A DNA stretch of 64,000 bases. It comes from Phoronis australis. Taxonomy: Eukaryota > Animalia > Phoronida. The stretch lies in contig NMRA01000183.1 in assembly GCA_002633005.1 (NCBI GenBank), positions 153,640-217,639 on the forward strand, written 5' to 3'. Every line of letters begins with the position of its first letter. Position 1 is the first letter of the stretch. A model generated the notes under the pieces. The model worked only from the letters and a program-made list of their open reading frames with translations. It was not told the origin of the DNA and did not search any database. Made by a program: the position numbers and the translations under genes. Below are positions 63,159 through 64,000 of this stretch, one piece after another.

Positions 63159-63690
63159 TCTGTGAACGGTATGTGTACGAAATTATTGTTACGTTATTTT
63201 ATTTATTGTACAACAACCACGGTTATTGACGATTGTTTGACATGACTTATTTAGTAATCGAAATGCTTACAAAAATTGACAGCAATGCGTTTTGTTTCAC
63301 AAGCCATCTTTGGCCACGAATTTTGCGCATTTGTTTGCATTGGAATTTAGACTAAAGTCAAAATCAACCTATTCAAAGTGCTGAATGCCTTGATTCAAAT
63401 TTCGCTAGGTTTTCGTCTCTGCGATTAAATGGTGTATTTTTGTTCATTTTTACCAGACTGTCTCAATTTCTGTTCCATTTAACAGTACACAGTAACAAAA
63501 GTATGTTGTTAACAATTTTTATGAGAGAGATTAATATTTCTTTTTTAACAGTTGTCTATAATAACTTTGAAATTAACAGAATTAAGTTGACAAATTGCCT
63601 GTGAATCTTAAGGCAACGAAATGTGAAAATATATTTCTTTATTTCATTAACGACCATTGCCAAATTGACTGTTCTAATTAGTGAAATAAA
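63159..63690 (+). other. FoxD 3'UTR, AU-rich, with AATAAA at 63685
   Basis: TTATTTTATTTATT and TTATTTA tracts after the stop; AATAAA at 63685-63690 and another at ~63981. Confidence 0.5.
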
Positions 63691-64000
63691 TACGTGCGTT
63701 AAGTAGCAACACGTTTAAATTCATGGCGACAAAGCTTTGAATTATGTTTCAGACTAGCCCAAGGCGCCACATTGTTTCAACATTAAGACTACAAAGACTT
63801 TACCAATGATAATACTGACTTATTTTCCTTCATAAAATTATTGTGTTTTGGCTGAAATAGAAAAGACAGTCAAATTGTTATTTGAAAATGCATTTCTGCA
63901 TCAATGTTTGTGCAACTTCTCTCTGCGTTGTAAATGTTAATGAGAATAGTTACTATTGTTTGTTAGGTGACTTGTTTTAAAATAAAAACAAAATCTAATG

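Overview
Animal (probably invertebrate bilaterian) genomic DNA, AT-rich, with a 541-N gap (14542-15082) and a single N at 44829. Most of the window is the + strand gene for the COG0523 zinc-metallochaperone GTPase ZNG1/CBWD. I reconstructed 12 GT-AG coding exons (2775-59623, 917 nt, frame continuous to the stop); the first exons lie upstream of the window. About 2.4 kb after its stop codon, on the same strand, is an intronless FoxD gene (62013-63158) with a forkhead domain and an eh1 motif. This matches the vertebrate CBWD-FOXD4 arrangement. The introns hold many MITEs, minisatellites and nested Helentron-associated (HINE/pearl-like) elements. The main observations are: (1) the ~145-160 bp core repeats of these elements each carry a co-oriented CTCF-consensus-like motif, giving an array of about 18 sites; (2) CpG density steps up abruptly near 38.5-39 kb inside the ZNG1 gene body, suggesting an unmethylated FoxD regulatory domain within the neighbouring gene's last introns; (3) a splice donor has been tandemly quadruplicated. 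Nearly all short ORFs in the supplied track are spurious.
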